NCBI GenBank assembly: GCA_030704615.1
Contig: CM060734.1
Coordinates: forward strand, 46,624,001-46,688,000
From: Takakia lepidozioides
Lineage: Eukaryota > Plantae > Bryophyta
Length of the DNA stretch: 64,000 bases
Direction: 5' to 3'
The notes beneath the pieces are model-generated. The model saw only the letters and a program-made list of their open reading frames with translations, made no database searches and was not told where the DNA came from. Within the stretch, counting starts at the first letter, position 1, and every line of letters starts with the position of its first letter. Below are positions 25,994 to 38,710 of the stretch, one piece after another. Made by a program: the position numbers and the translations under genes.

Positions 25994-28900
25994 CTATTTT
26001 CGATTTGGATCCAAACTCTGAGCTACAGATTGATGATTGCTACTCTTATCATCTTCAGCAGCCTTGGTGATGTTATTGGCAAGCTCTATCCGGATGGATT
26101 GGATGATGATGGTATCATCCCTATCTTTGCTTCTGGGCACAAGACTGACCAGAATGCTAGGCTCCTTCTCAAGGCCAAGCTGCTTCAGCTTTGAGCTGAT
26201 ACCTACCCTGAAGGAATGATCAGGGCTAGGAGTCTGTTCTAGGGATTGTGTATAGAAAGCTCCTGCATATTCTGTACAACTCCAGGGTGTATGCTCATCC
26301 GCCTCGGGCAAATTCAAAAACAAGACAAACCCTACTGGTTTGTCTGATGGTATCCTTATACCTTCAATGGCCAGGACCTCTTCTTGATATCCTTGGTCCT
26401 CTTGTTGCAATTCAAAAGCTTCAGGCTTCCTGGTTTGGATGATCATGGGCACTGGCCTTGAGATGTGAGCCTGGAAAACTGCACCAGTAAGAGTAATGTT
26501 TCTAACATGCAACATTTCTGGTCCTCGTGTGGCAATCAAATCACAACTCTGCCGTGTTCGCTCTGTCTGCCATGAAGGCACGATGAACCTTGCAAGCTTG
26601 GCTATGCCGCTCATGAGTTGCTCCAAGAACTCTGGAGCACAATCTGGAGACACTGAAACTGGAGCTGGCCTGGTGCTCAGACGGGTAGAATTGAACCAGA
26701 GCCAGTCATTCTCTACCTCTTCGTACTTGTAGCGAAATTTTTCCATATCAAGAGAGTCTGCTACCTGTACAAATCAGCAAATGTCTTCACTGTTACTTGA
26801 ACTTCAAATTTGGACCAAAGTTGTTCGTACTATGTAAATGTAGATCATGCACGTATTAACTAGTACTGGTATTAACGGTTCTAGAGAGGGAAGGCGAGAT
26901 AGGCAAACCAACCGTAACACGAACAAGATCAGCGTTTTCATCATAGAACACAAACTCCGAATTGAGCCAGTCCGGGTCAGTAAGGTCGCCACGTTGACCT
27001 CCTGGCAGGGTCTTCCAAAGATCCCACAAACGGTCCACATTGGCGTGATGTGCAAAGAAAACGGGATCTCTTGCTGCAGAAACGGGTGGGCCCATGTCCG
27101 CAAACGGTTCCGAGCTCCTCTCATCTCCTGCCCCCACAATTACACAGCAATCAAATTATAAATCGCTAAGCTCTCTCCTACAACCGCTCGCACTATAGAT
27201 TCTCTTTCCTACGACCACCGTCACAGCATTTATGAAAGCTCGAGGAAAGCTCCCAGAAACTAGAAAGAGGTAACTTTGAAATCAAGGATCTCGGAACAAA
27301 TTGCATCATGGGCGCCTTCCAATGCTTCCAAACAACAGTTCACCTTTACACGTTGACTGCATTTGAGGCCAAAGACCCACCTAGACAAAAGCCGAGTACA
27401 AGCTGCAGAGACTCTTGCCTTGTAGATCTTACAATTCAAGCACATGCAGCCTAGATGTTTGCTGATCAACTGTTTTAGAAGATTGTTTGCAAGTACACGA
27501 GTGAAATGTGTGGTGAGGAACCTGTCCAAAAGTGGACAGCGCCATGGGGGTGAGCCTCGAAGGTGGTTAGAATAGTGGGAGGGTCGTCGCCGCTGCGGTA
27601 AGGCGCCCCAAGAAACAGGGACGGGGTCGGAGAGGCGCTCACTACGCCGGTGTATAGCACGTTTCTATTGATCGCCCGCTGGTCCTCCGGGCTGGCGACT
27701 GGGGCCGCCGGGTCGTTGGTCTTCGAGTAGGAAAGGTCGATAATGGCGGGGGGCTGGTGGGCCGCGCTGCGTTTCTCGTGGAATAGCCCGAGGTTTCGGC
27801 GGTCGACGTACATGGAGGGGAGCTGGTTGGAGGGCGGATCGACGTCGGCCTGGTTGTCCCATTGCCAGAAGGGCAGCGCGAAGGTGTCGTCGCCCAACAG
27901 ACTTGCGAGTATGCGCTCGTGAAAGTAGACGTACCAGCGATGGAAGGGAAAGAGCAGCCAATTCAAGTGCACATCAATGAACGCCGTGGAGTTCGCTTGC
28001 CTGCGATAACGAGGAGTCGGATCCAGTGTTAGCTAATTGAAAGTTTCGGTCTCAACAAGTCGTGGCTGGTAGTCTCGTGGTAAGCTGAACGATCTTTCGG
28101 ACAGGGAGCATAGCACAAGTCTTCTTGATGCATGTGAGCTAGTTATAGTTACTGGTACTCCACCAACTATGTGATGGGTGTCCTGACAAGGAGAAAACCA
28201 TGAAAAAGTTGAAGCCAAGAATCACATGGGCGAACTGGTCTTGTTTAAGTAGCATGCGATGTGTATCAGTGATCAAGTGAGACAGAAATACGCGATACGA
28301 AGAAGGACAGCCCATGAGGATGAGTATATGTTCTACATGTAATTGAATCAAATCATACCCTCAACGATGAGATTTTCGGAGATAAAACTAGAATGCCAGT
28401 AGGAGACGGCAACATCACATAGAGTTAGCGGTTATTTAGACTTTAAAATCCGTTCCCATATGACGTATTTTGTACTGCGACTACACAAGATCAACCCGTT
28501 CAGGAGATTGCACCAAACAAGAGGATTATAGAAGAGTGGGACTCAACACCTAGAAATGACTGTCAGGGTCGAGAGGACTCACTCAGAGAAAGTTGAAACA
28601 CATTCAATAAATTGAGGGAGAGCAACTACTGCCAGGGCGAGGCTTTAAGAAGGATTGCCTGTATACTCGGGCACAGTAGGCACAGTGAATGTTGGACTGA
28701 CGAAGGAACGATCGGGGGTCATCATCTGGAAGCGCTTTCATCAGTTCGTATGCTCGATCGAGCCTCTCTACGTACGCCTGATCCACGTTGTGTGTGGATC
28801 GCCTCACGCGAATAGGCAAGTCCGTGTTGAATCGGAAGTTGATTTCGGGTCTCTTGGGGGGCAGAAAGCAGCAGTCTAGTGGACGATCGTTGTCCATTAT

Positions 28901-29053
28901 AGGTTTGCACCTGGTCAAGTCTGGGCCTAGTACCGGAGCGGCATGCACAGTGTGTATCTTCCTACTACACCACGCCATAGAGAGTAGCATAATCGCCCAC
29001 AACAACTTCTCTGTGCCCCATCCACATCCTGGATGCAGTCCTTCCCTACCCAT
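25994..29053 (-). CDS. PPO: Polyphenol oxidase copy 3, apparently intact, about 619 aa. Exons 29053-28659, 28000-27522, 27127-26913, 26764-25994
   Basis: Splices in phase if intron 1 is GC-AG. CuA: HCAYC, VHLNW, PFHRW. CuB: [26 protein letters not shown] domain [13 protein letters not shown]; C-terminal EEVLAIEGI and EYAGAF. Hydrophobic N-terminal leader. Confidence 0.92.
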
Positions 29054-29924
29054 AGTTGTTGCCCTCGAAACCAGAGACTAACTAAGATATCAGCTGGACT
29101 CTGTGAGCAATGCCTCAAGTGAACTTATAATTCGGATTCTCCTTGAAGGTGCAAAGTTTGGAGACGTCTAGCTATCCAGTGCAATCAGCGCAACTGCTCC
29201 GATTGTGCGTGATTGATATACAATAAGAGAGCCCTGCTGATGACCACTGGAGTTTCCAGAGCCGTGTTGACGATGTGTGTGGCCGGCTGATACACTGACT
29301 TGGGAGGACCTCGGGTTTCTCGTTTTTCTGCTTCTCTGGACATTGCTCAGGATGCCTGCAGCACTGGCTGAGGCTAAAAGGCTGCAAACGCTCTCAAGGC
29401 AGCGTAGCCAAACACTTGAAGGATCTGAGACCAGCACTAGGCCAGCAGTGCCCTTCCGATTCATGGAGCATAATGACAGCTGAGATGTCAGTCCATCTTA
29501 ACTCTCCTTCGAACGTAGAACTATGACCCCAGCACGCCAGTAAGCCCACTGTGTCAGCCAACAACTGCATGTTATCCGTGGGTTGCGCACATTGCCCTTC
29601 GATTTACTTGAAGCAGATATGTATGCTCCCAGGTGGTATGTGCCCATATCTACTGGGCTACAACTTTCTTTTTCTTTTATCAGAAAGGGACTGAGGCACG
29701 TAGATTAGAGGTACAAAAGGGGCACCCCTCAGTCAGTTCCATCCTTATGACTGTCACATTACCAGAGCCCCGTACACACGCCAGTGCTTTTTTTTCTCTA
29801 TAATTCCAAATAAGTTTATCGCGGAAGACCATAGAAATGATGTAAGAACTTTATGCACAAGTGCAACCTCTGACATGACGGTACGCCGGTTTCTGGCATG
29901 TCAAATCTTCCCCACCTTCTCTGT

Positions 29925-30310
29925 GGAGGATGCACGGAAAGTGTTCAACAATATGGCTGAATGAAATGTGAGTGTTGCAGGGAGGCTTTTGAGATCTATG
30001 AGCAAATGTAACATAAACATGTGACATCCAACAGGTCCCGTTTATTGGTTAGCTCAATGTATGTGGCAGCCTAGGTGTCTTGGAAAAGGGCAAGGAGGTG
30101 CACGCTCAGATGAAGGAAGCTAGACTGTCATCACTTCAGACAATTCCCTTGTGAACTTATATGTGAATGTACAATCCTTAAGGATGGCCGTCAAGTGTTT
30201 GATAATATTTATCAACACAATGCAGTGCAGGATGTGCCCATCATGTGCTGTAGGGAGGCCCTTCAACTATTTGAACAAATGCAACAGAGGCATTGAAGCC
30301 CCCAACTTGT
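29925..30310 (+). pseudogene. Highly degenerate PPR fragment
   Basis: SVEDARKVFNNMAE, EAFEIYEQM, LGVLEKGKEVHA and REALQLFEQMQQ remnants. Confidence 0.7.
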
Positions 30311-31444
30311 CACCTTTACATCTCTGTCTGCATGTAGGCATGTAAATTTGCAACATTCACAGTGGTCCTAGTAAAATTTGTTACTTGTAGAGGATTTCAA
30401 ATGCTGGATCCGCTTGAGAGATGCCACAGAAGACCCACAACGCACTGACTGCATGGCATTGTGGAACGCAGACACAGCTCTGCAAGACGCAACAGGCGTA
30501 CCATGGCCATCAGCACAACAAATGCCGACCCTGCTCCACCCGCCTTATGCCAGCCCTAAATAGATTGTCTGCCCATGAAGAGCCTCTCTGCAATAGATTG
30601 TCTGCCCAAAATAGCTACGTTGAAACATGAGAGCCTCTCTGCTGCGATTTGTTACTTGCTCGAGTCACTTCTTTGATCGAATTGCGACAAGAGCAAGACT
30701 AGAAGCCCCGTTGCTGCATCTCCCTGTAGCGATTCCAGAATCATCAGCATGAGTGACACCTTTGCAAGTAGGGCTTGTGAAGGACCAATGAGCTCCGGGA
30801 TTCCTTCCGTATGCGGCCGTGGCGATAAGAAGACTAAGCGCGGAAACGCTTCAAGGGCTCCTTCGGTATCGTCAGCCAAAAAGGGGAACTTGTATTCATT
30901 CTTCTGCAATGTATGGCTCATCTCTCTCTTTCCCTCCCCCCCTCTCTACCTCGCATATACACACACACCTGTCAGTGACATTGACCATTGCTCTCAGATA
31001 AGGTACTCTCGTATCGTGGGTCGCATCTTGTAGATTTTTTATGAGTTTAGCTCTCCTCAACAGCTGAAATTTAATTGAGGGATTTGGTACTTTGTTATCT
31101 TTGTCTTGATTTCCTTACAGTGTGATTTCAGAGTTAGTAGTCTTTTTTTTTTCTATTCGAAGATGCATAGCTCAACCTCCAGGTGGAAAGTGAGCAAGTG
31201 AAGAGTAACATGATTGCAGCCCACAAACAAATGAGCGAAGTGAATAGTTGCGTTCATTGAACTGACTTGTCCGATTGCCTATTTCAGCTTTGTTTTGTTT
31301 GGGGCTGATCTACTACTACTCCCCAAAGTTGGGCAAGGGTGTTTGGCTCAAATCGGCACTGTATCCTCACTGAACTGATGCATTGCTAAATGTTACTATT
31401 TATGATGCCTCTCTGGCTCTCGCTCTCTCTCTCTCTCTCTCTCT

Positions 31445-33713
31445 GACCCCACCATCTGACCTTGAATTCATCTCGTCGGGAGCTTAAGGACGGAATGCCA
31501 ACCTCACCCCGTTTTGGAGCATGCTGACATACACTCCTTAAGCACCCCCACTTGAATGGATTCTAGAGACTTAGCCTGGTTGGAGTTATCAACCCATATA
31601 GCAGATCCGTACTCCAAGGCAGGTCTAATAACGCGACAAAGCATGGTTTTCTTAACCTCAGAGTTGACCCCTCTGCAGTGGAAAAATTTAGTGAGCCCCA
31701 GAGCTTTGCCATTGCCAGTTTGAACAACTTTCTGGATATGTGCATCCCAATTACAATTGGAGGAAAACTCAATGCCCAGGTAAGTGTAGGAAGGGAGGAC
31801 CGGGATCTCTTGGCTACCCCACTGCCACTTGAGATCACTTCCTCCCTCTCCTCTGTCGTTGAAAGCTACCACTGCACATTTGCTGACATTAGCCTCTAGC
31901 CCCCAAAGATCAAAGTATCTCTTCGCGCAATCAATCAACTCCTGGACCCTGGAGTCTCCCCTATGCCTGCCAAGTCATCCGCAAACATAAGGGCTGGTAT
32001 GGTGGTATCACCCACCCTTAACCCAAATCCCTCACTTTCCACATCCTCGAGGAGTTGATTGATGAAAACATTGAAGAGCAGAGGGGAGAGAGTACATCGT
32101 TGAGCTACACCTTGGTTTATGTCAAAGAAGTTGAACTTCTGTCCGTTAACAGTGACACAGCTTTTGGTGTGAGCATACAAGTTGTGGACAACTCTCCACA
32201 TCTTTCCCTTGATCCCACCAGACCAGAGGCGGAACCATAGGCCATCTCTCCACACTGTGTCATAAGCCTTTTTGACATTCAGGAAAAACACATAAGTGGG
32301 TTTCCCTTCTTTTTTCCTTCCCTGGATAATCTGGCTTAGAGTGAAGATATGATCCACACAACCCCTGTTTCGCCGAAAGCCAGCTTGTCCTTCGTGGAAA
32401 CAACCTCTAGACTCCAGATCAACCTCGAGACGAGTACTTATAACTCTGCAGAATGTCTCCAACAGCATTGAGGAGCGTGATGCCACGGTAGTTCCCCGGT
32501 TTTTCTCTGTCACCCTTCTTGTATAGATTGACAATGACCCCCTGTCGCCAGCGAAAGGGGATCATTTCAGTCTTCCAGATAAGGTTAAAGAGGAGAACTA
32601 GGGCCTCTATCATGGGATCGCCACCGTGCTTGATAAGCTCGTTGACAATACCATCAGGTCCACCAGCTTTATATCCATTTAAATGTTCAATTGTTTCCAC
32701 AATCTCAGAAGAACTAATGGGAGCATTATAAGCCATTGAAATATACTCCAGTTCATCAGGGCTGTTTTGAATCATAGGAACAGTTTTTCCAACTGTGTCC
32801 CTCCATTCAGCAGAAGACCCCTCACTGTTAGACCTAGAAGTTCTGCCAAGGGTACTGTAGTGAGTTTCAAAGGTTTTGACAATGTCAACCGATGAAGTCA
32901 CCACTGCACCTTTAGTAGTCTTCAGCGCTGCAACATATGCCCAACACCAGATATCCTAAGTTAATCGACTCTATATCTTGGAAACAGGACCGCCCTGTCA
33001 AACAGGCTAAGTCCTGGCAGAAGAGAGTAGAAGAGATTCTCAAGGACCTGGACCTGGATCCGCAAGTCTTGACCCTGCTGGATAAATCTGACTTAGAGGC
33101 TGTTGTGTCCTCAGCCATGTCTGTTGCCATGAGATTGTCTGATGAAAATGAAGTTAGGCAGAAAACTTCCCTGAACTTGTTTCCAGTCAGTGACATGGGG
33201 GAGGACATCTTGGATGACCTCAAGGGTCTACCCACTCTCGGCACTAGACTGAAATTTAAACTCAGGGCAGGAAGCCTACCTTTGAACAGCAAACAGAAGC
33301 AGAGAGGAAAGGGAGAGTGCAATTGCCCGCTGTGTGGGCAATCTGAAGGCAGTATTCACTTTCTGATACACTGTCCGGGGTTCTCTCACCAAAGAGACGC
33401 TCTCTTCAATTCTATCAAGAAAATTGTGCCTGTACCCCTGTTTAACAACTTTGAAAGTCTCGAGGCTGAGCCAAAAGCCCAGGCTCTCCTGAGGCCTAGT
33501 TTTTGGGCAAATCACACAGCAGATTGATACTGGTGTGAAGGGATTTCTAGAGGATATCTGGAAAACCCGGATTAATTCTATATACGATGGTAAGTCACAC
33601 TACCAACGTCAGCCCCTGACTGAGGTAGGTTCTGTCCCTTTTGTTCCCGCTCAAACTGGGTGCGGGGTCAATGGCCACAAGGCTACGGCAAACAACGTCT
33701 TATGAGTACAATC
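31445..33713. mobile_element. Non-LTR retrotransposon (LINE) with a 5' inversion: RT region 31445-32910 on minus, C-terminus plus 3' UTR 32912-33713 on plus, inserted in a (CT)n tract
   Basis: RT motifs GPDGI, NYRGITLL, QAGFR, KAYDTV, GVAQRCTLSPLLF and FADD with frameshifts. C-terminal CPLC...HFLIHC zinc motif. (CT)n on both flanks. Confidence 0.92.
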
Positions 33714-34043
33714 TCTCTCTCTCTCTCTCTCTCAAGACTTCGGAAGAAGTGGGATATTTCGTATGACCCTCTTAGTCCCGTCCATACTCAACCCTTTCCT
33801 CCTCTCCTGTCCTGATCCACATTGGTGAGATGGACATGTCATTAGTTATATCATGCGAATTATGGGTTCTCATGTGTAATTTTTGGTAGGCTTAGCTAGC
33901 ACATCAGATTTGCATCTGGCGACTTGTAACGATACTATAAGGAGAAGAACTGTAACGCATGTGGAGTAAGTACATGCTGCATTCACCCATTGTGGCACCG
34001 CTTCACCTCGCGGAAGGTGCTCTCAAAGGATGAGTGAAGCCAG

Positions 34044-34880
34044 AAATGAAATGAAATGAAATGGTGCTTTATAACGTCCGCGGAAAGCTCATAGAGCTTA
34101 TGGGACAAAATGGAAGAAAACATGAGAGAGGAACAAATCCACATTTTTGATCCCTAGACATCAGTGAGAGTTTGGGTTCCACTGAATAAACAGTGGAATC
34201 TCCCACGGATCTCGTAGTATAGAGGGCAGTAGAAGAAGAAGTGTTCTTCAGTTTCAATTTCCTTGCTGCGCCCTGCAAGCTGGACATAGGCGGTCCTCCC
34301 GTTGCAGGTTTTCCCATCTGCCAGTCTCTATCCATAGGTTGTGGGAACCCACCCTGAACCGCCCCAATGCCCTCAGGAGGGAAGGAGATAAGGGTGCTGA
34401 AAGGTAATTTGGTCTCAAGATTCTATCATCGCGGAGCACCAAGAATGTCTCTCGATGGAAGTGGAGCTTTGTCGTGAGATTGGGTAGCTTCCAAGTTCTC
34501 TTGACATGTAATTCCATAAGCTCTCTCCTAATGAGTCTGTTGCGGTCATGTCTGGATGTGATGTCCACCTCATCTGGATTCATTGGTAATAGGAAAGCAG
34601 TAGAAAGTCCCTTACGTTGAAATAAACTGTCCACTCGAGCACTCGAGCATACCAGAAGTTCATGAAACCTGCAGCTTTGAGCCTCATAGATGTTGTGAGG
34701 GCCCTTGCCACTAGCCCTTTGGGTGGAAGGGCCTGTAATCTATGGAGAAAGATTGTAAGCCGGAAGAGGGCCTCGGATTGCAATGGTACACATGCGAACT
34801 CTGCACCTAGGATCTGAGATGGAGTTGTGCTGGCGCCAAGCATTGCTTGGAGAAAAGATGACTGAAATGGTTCCAAATTT
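34044..34880 (-). mobile_element. 5'-truncated LINE of a second family with a (CATTT)n tail
   Basis: LGRFRVGSHNLWIETGRW...DRLCPAC C-terminal LINE motif. Its 3' end matches the fragments at 70-1866. Confidence 0.85.
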
Positions 34881-35765
34881 TTTTTCCCACCAGGAGACAG
34901 GGATGGTAGCAGGACTGCTGACGGTGTCGAACAGCCACTTTCTGGGCGGGGGATGACGCAGTGATTATTGGACTCTCAAGACGAATTACTATTTCAATGG
35001 TTATCAATATTGTCCGAGAACAGATTTTTCATCTGATGTGATTAGCTGGTACTTGTTGTGGAGAGAGTATGTAAACATGTCTATAGTTTATACATCTATA
35101 CTTTCTACCGAGAGACATATATAAACACAAAGTATTTCAGTTTGGTTGTCGGGCACGCTTGCAAATGTCAAATTCCATGTTGTCTTTGTTATTGCCTCGC
35201 TAGATCTTTTTCTGCTGAGCAACCACTGGACTTTTTTGGGATACTTTATCAAAATGGAGCTGGTTTTCATCAGGTGTTTACAGAGTTTATGTATAAGCTT
35301 CGAAATTTTTTGTGCTTGTCACACACAGGCATATCAAATGCCTATCAAGAAGGGGGATATGAAGTGGAAAGGACGCCGGCTTAAGTAGTAGCCCCGCTTC
35401 CTTGCAGAGGTGGGCTCTGTGAAGTGTAAATATATTGCTTATTGGAAGATTTGTCATTTTTGATCACCTTCCGCAGTCATAAATGTTTGGAGCAGAAACA
35501 ATTTTCGGGCTTGATTGCTATGGGTGATTCTACACTGAAGGAGCTTCATCTGCGAGGCTCAGATGACAAAGGCCTTTAGATAATGGGAACCTCCCTGATT
35601 GTTCAGCAACCAGTTCCATTGCTTCAGTGCCGTGTGATCACAGCCTTGAGGTAATACCATCATTCCATCTCTTTGAGCAGCAGTAGTGAAGTCTTGGAGA
35701 ATCTTACTGCAAAGTTGGGGGAAACAATAGGCCTAATCTTATCATCTTCAGCAGTCTGGGTGATG

Positions 35766-38710
35766 TTACTGCGCAAGCTCTATATGGATGGATTTGATGA
35801 TGACAGTACCATCCCTATCCTTGCTTCTGGGCACAAGACTGACCAGAATGCTAGGCTCCTTCTCAAGGCCAAGCTGCTTCAGCTTTGAGCTGATACCTAC
35901 CCTGAAGGAATGATCACCACTAGGAGTCTGCTCTATGGATTGTGTATAGAAAGCCCCTGCATATTCTGTACAACTCCAGGGTGTATGCTCATCCGCCTCG
36001 GGCAAATTCAAAAACAAGACAAACCCTACTGGTTTATCTGATAGTATCCTTATACCTTCAATGGCCAGGACCTCTTCTTGATATCCTTGGTCCTCTTGTT
36101 GCAATTCAAAAGCTTCAGGCTCCCTGGTTTGGATGATCATGGGCACTGGCCTTGAGATGTGAGCCTGGAATACTGCACCAGTAAGAGTAATGTTTCTAAC
36201 ATGCATCATTTCTGGTCCTCGTGTGGCAATCTGCCATGTCCGCTCTGTCTGCCATGAAGGCAAGATGAACCTTGCAAGCTTGGCTATGCCCCTCATGAGT
36301 TGCTCCAAGAACTTTGGAGCACAATCCGGAGACACTGAAACTGGAGCTGGCTTGGTGCTCAGACGGGTAGAATTGAACCAGAGCCAGTCATTCTCTACCT
36401 CTTCGTACTTGTAGCACAATTTTTCAATATCAAGAGACTCTGCTACCTGTACAAATCAGCAAATGTCTTCACTGTTACTTGAACTTCAAATTTGGACCAA
36501 AGTTGTTCGTACTATGTAAATGTAGATGCACGTATTAAACAGTACTGGTGGTAACGGAGGGAAGGCGAGATAGGTAAACCAACCGTAACACGAACAAGAT
36601 CAGCGTTTTCATCATAGAACACGAACTCCGAATTGAGCCAGTCCGGGTCAGTAAGGTCGCCACGTTGACCTCCTGGCAGGGTCTTCCAGAGCTCCCACAA
36701 GCGATCCACATTGGTGTGATGTGCAAAGAAAACGGGATCTCTTGCTGCAGCAGCGGCTGAGGTCATGTCCTCATGATTTTCGTTCCTCTCATCTCCTGCC
36801 CCCGCATATACACAGTAACCAAACAAATCGCCACAGCTCTCTCCTACAACTGCTCGCACTATAGATTCTCTTACCTGTGACCACCGTCACTGCATTTATG
36901 AAAGCTCGAGGAAAGCTCCCAGAAACTAGAAGGATGTGACTTTGCAAATCAAGGATCTTGGAACAAATTGCATCATGGGCGCCTTCCAATGCTTCCAAAC
37001 AACAGTTTTCCTTTACACGTTGATTGAATTTGACGCCAAAGACTCACCTCACTACAAGCTGCAGAGACTCTTGCCTTGTAGATCATACAATTCAAGCACA
37101 TTTAGGGTAGATGTTTGCTGATCAACTGTTTTAGAAGATGTTTGCCAGCAAACGAGTGAAATGTGTGGTGAGGAACCTGTCCAAAAGTGCACAGAGGCAT
37201 GGGGGTGAGCCTCGAAGGCGGTTGGACAATAAGGAGGATCGTGGCCGCCGCGGTAAGGCACCCCAAGAAACAGGGACCGGGTGGGAGCGGCGCTCACTAC
37301 GCCGGTGTGTACCGCGTTTCTATTGATCGCCCGCTGGTCCTCCGGGCTGGCGACTGGGGCCGCTGGGTCGCTGGTGAACCAGTAGGAGAGGTCGATAATG
37401 GCGGGGGGCTGGTGGGCCGGGCTGCGTTTTTCGTCGAATAGCCCGAGGTTTCGGCGGTCGACGTACATGGAGGGGAGCTGGTTGGAGGGCGGATCGACGT
37501 CGGCCTGGTTGTCCCATTGCCAGAAGGGCAGCGCGAAGGTGTCGTCGCCCAACAGACTTGCGAGTATGCGCTCGTGAAAGTAGACGTACCAGCGATGGAA
37601 GGGCATGAACAGCCAATTGTAGTGCACATCAATGAACGCCGTGGAGTTCGCTTGCCTGCGATAACAAGGAGTCGGATCCAGTGTTAGCTAATTGAAAGTT
37701 TCAGTCTCAACAAGTCGTGGCTGGTAGTCTCGTGGTAAGCTGAACGATCTTTCGGACAGGGAGCATAGCACAAGTCTTCTTGATGCATGTGAGCTAGTTA
37801 TAGCTACTGGTACTCCACCAACTATTTGATGGGTGTCCTGACAAGGAGAAAACCATGAAAAGTTTGAAGCCGAGAATCACATGGGCGAACTGGTCTTGTT
37901 TAAGTAGCATGTGGATGTGTATCAGTGATCGAGTGAGACAGAAATCAGACGTGATACGAAGAAGGAAAGCCCATGAGGACGGGTATATGTTATACATAAA
38001 TCAAATCATACTCTCAACGAAACAGCCAGATATTGTCAAATGAGATTTTAAGGAGATAAAACTAGAATGCCAGGAGGAACAACACATAGAGATAGCGGTT
38101 CACTTCCAAATCCTTTCCCATATGACGTACTTTGTGCTGCGATTGTAAACAAGATCAACCTGTTCAGGAGATTGCGCCAAACAAGAGGATTATAGAAGCG
38201 TGGGAATCAACACCTAGAAATGACTGAGGACTCACTCAGAGAAAGTTGAAACCGCGTTCAATACATAGAGGGAGAGCAACTACTGCCAGGGCGAGGTTCC
38301 AAGAATGATTGCCTGTATACTTTGGAACAGTAGGCACAGTGAATGTTGGACTGACGAAGGAACGATCGGGGGTCATCATCTGGAAGCGCTTTCATCAGTT
38401 CGTATGCTTGATTGAGCCTCTCTATGTACGCCTGGTCCACGTTGCGTGTGGATCGTCTTACGCGAATAGGCAAGTCCGTGTTGATCAATCGGAAGTTGAT
38501 TTCGGGTCTCTCGGGGGGCAGAAAGCAGCAGTCTAGTGGACGATCGTTGTCCATTATAGGTTTGCACCTGGTCAAGTCTGGGCCTAGTACTGGAGCGGCA
38601 TGCACAGTGTGTATCTTCCTACTACACCACGCCATAGACACTAGCATAATCGCCCACAGCAATTTCTGTGTGCCCCATCCACATCCTGGATGCAGCCCTT
38701 CCCGACCCAT
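35766..38710 (-). CDS. PPO: Polyphenol oxidase copy 4, apparently intact, about 589 aa. Exons 38710-38313, 37655-37177, 36795-36584, 36446-35766
   Basis: In-phase splicing with a GC-AG intron 1. HCAYC, VHYNW, PFHRW, HPHASVH, RDPVFFAHHTNVDRLW and the DWL domain are present. Ends ELAQ*. Confidence 0.92.

Noticed and set aside
30378-31033. Possible exons on the minus strand (GTAAC donors near 30385 and 30655)
   Set aside because: No identifiable protein family and no consistent reading frame could be assembled.
33610-33700. Hammerhead or HDV ribozyme in the LINE 3' UTR (CTGACTGAG)
   Set aside because: The core is not CUGANGA...GAAA and is not conserved in the 4690 and 7640 copies.
35058-35388. 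ORFs downstream of PPO4 partly shared with 21100-21160
   Set aside because: The similarity is explained by the duplicated 3' flank, and no known domain is present.
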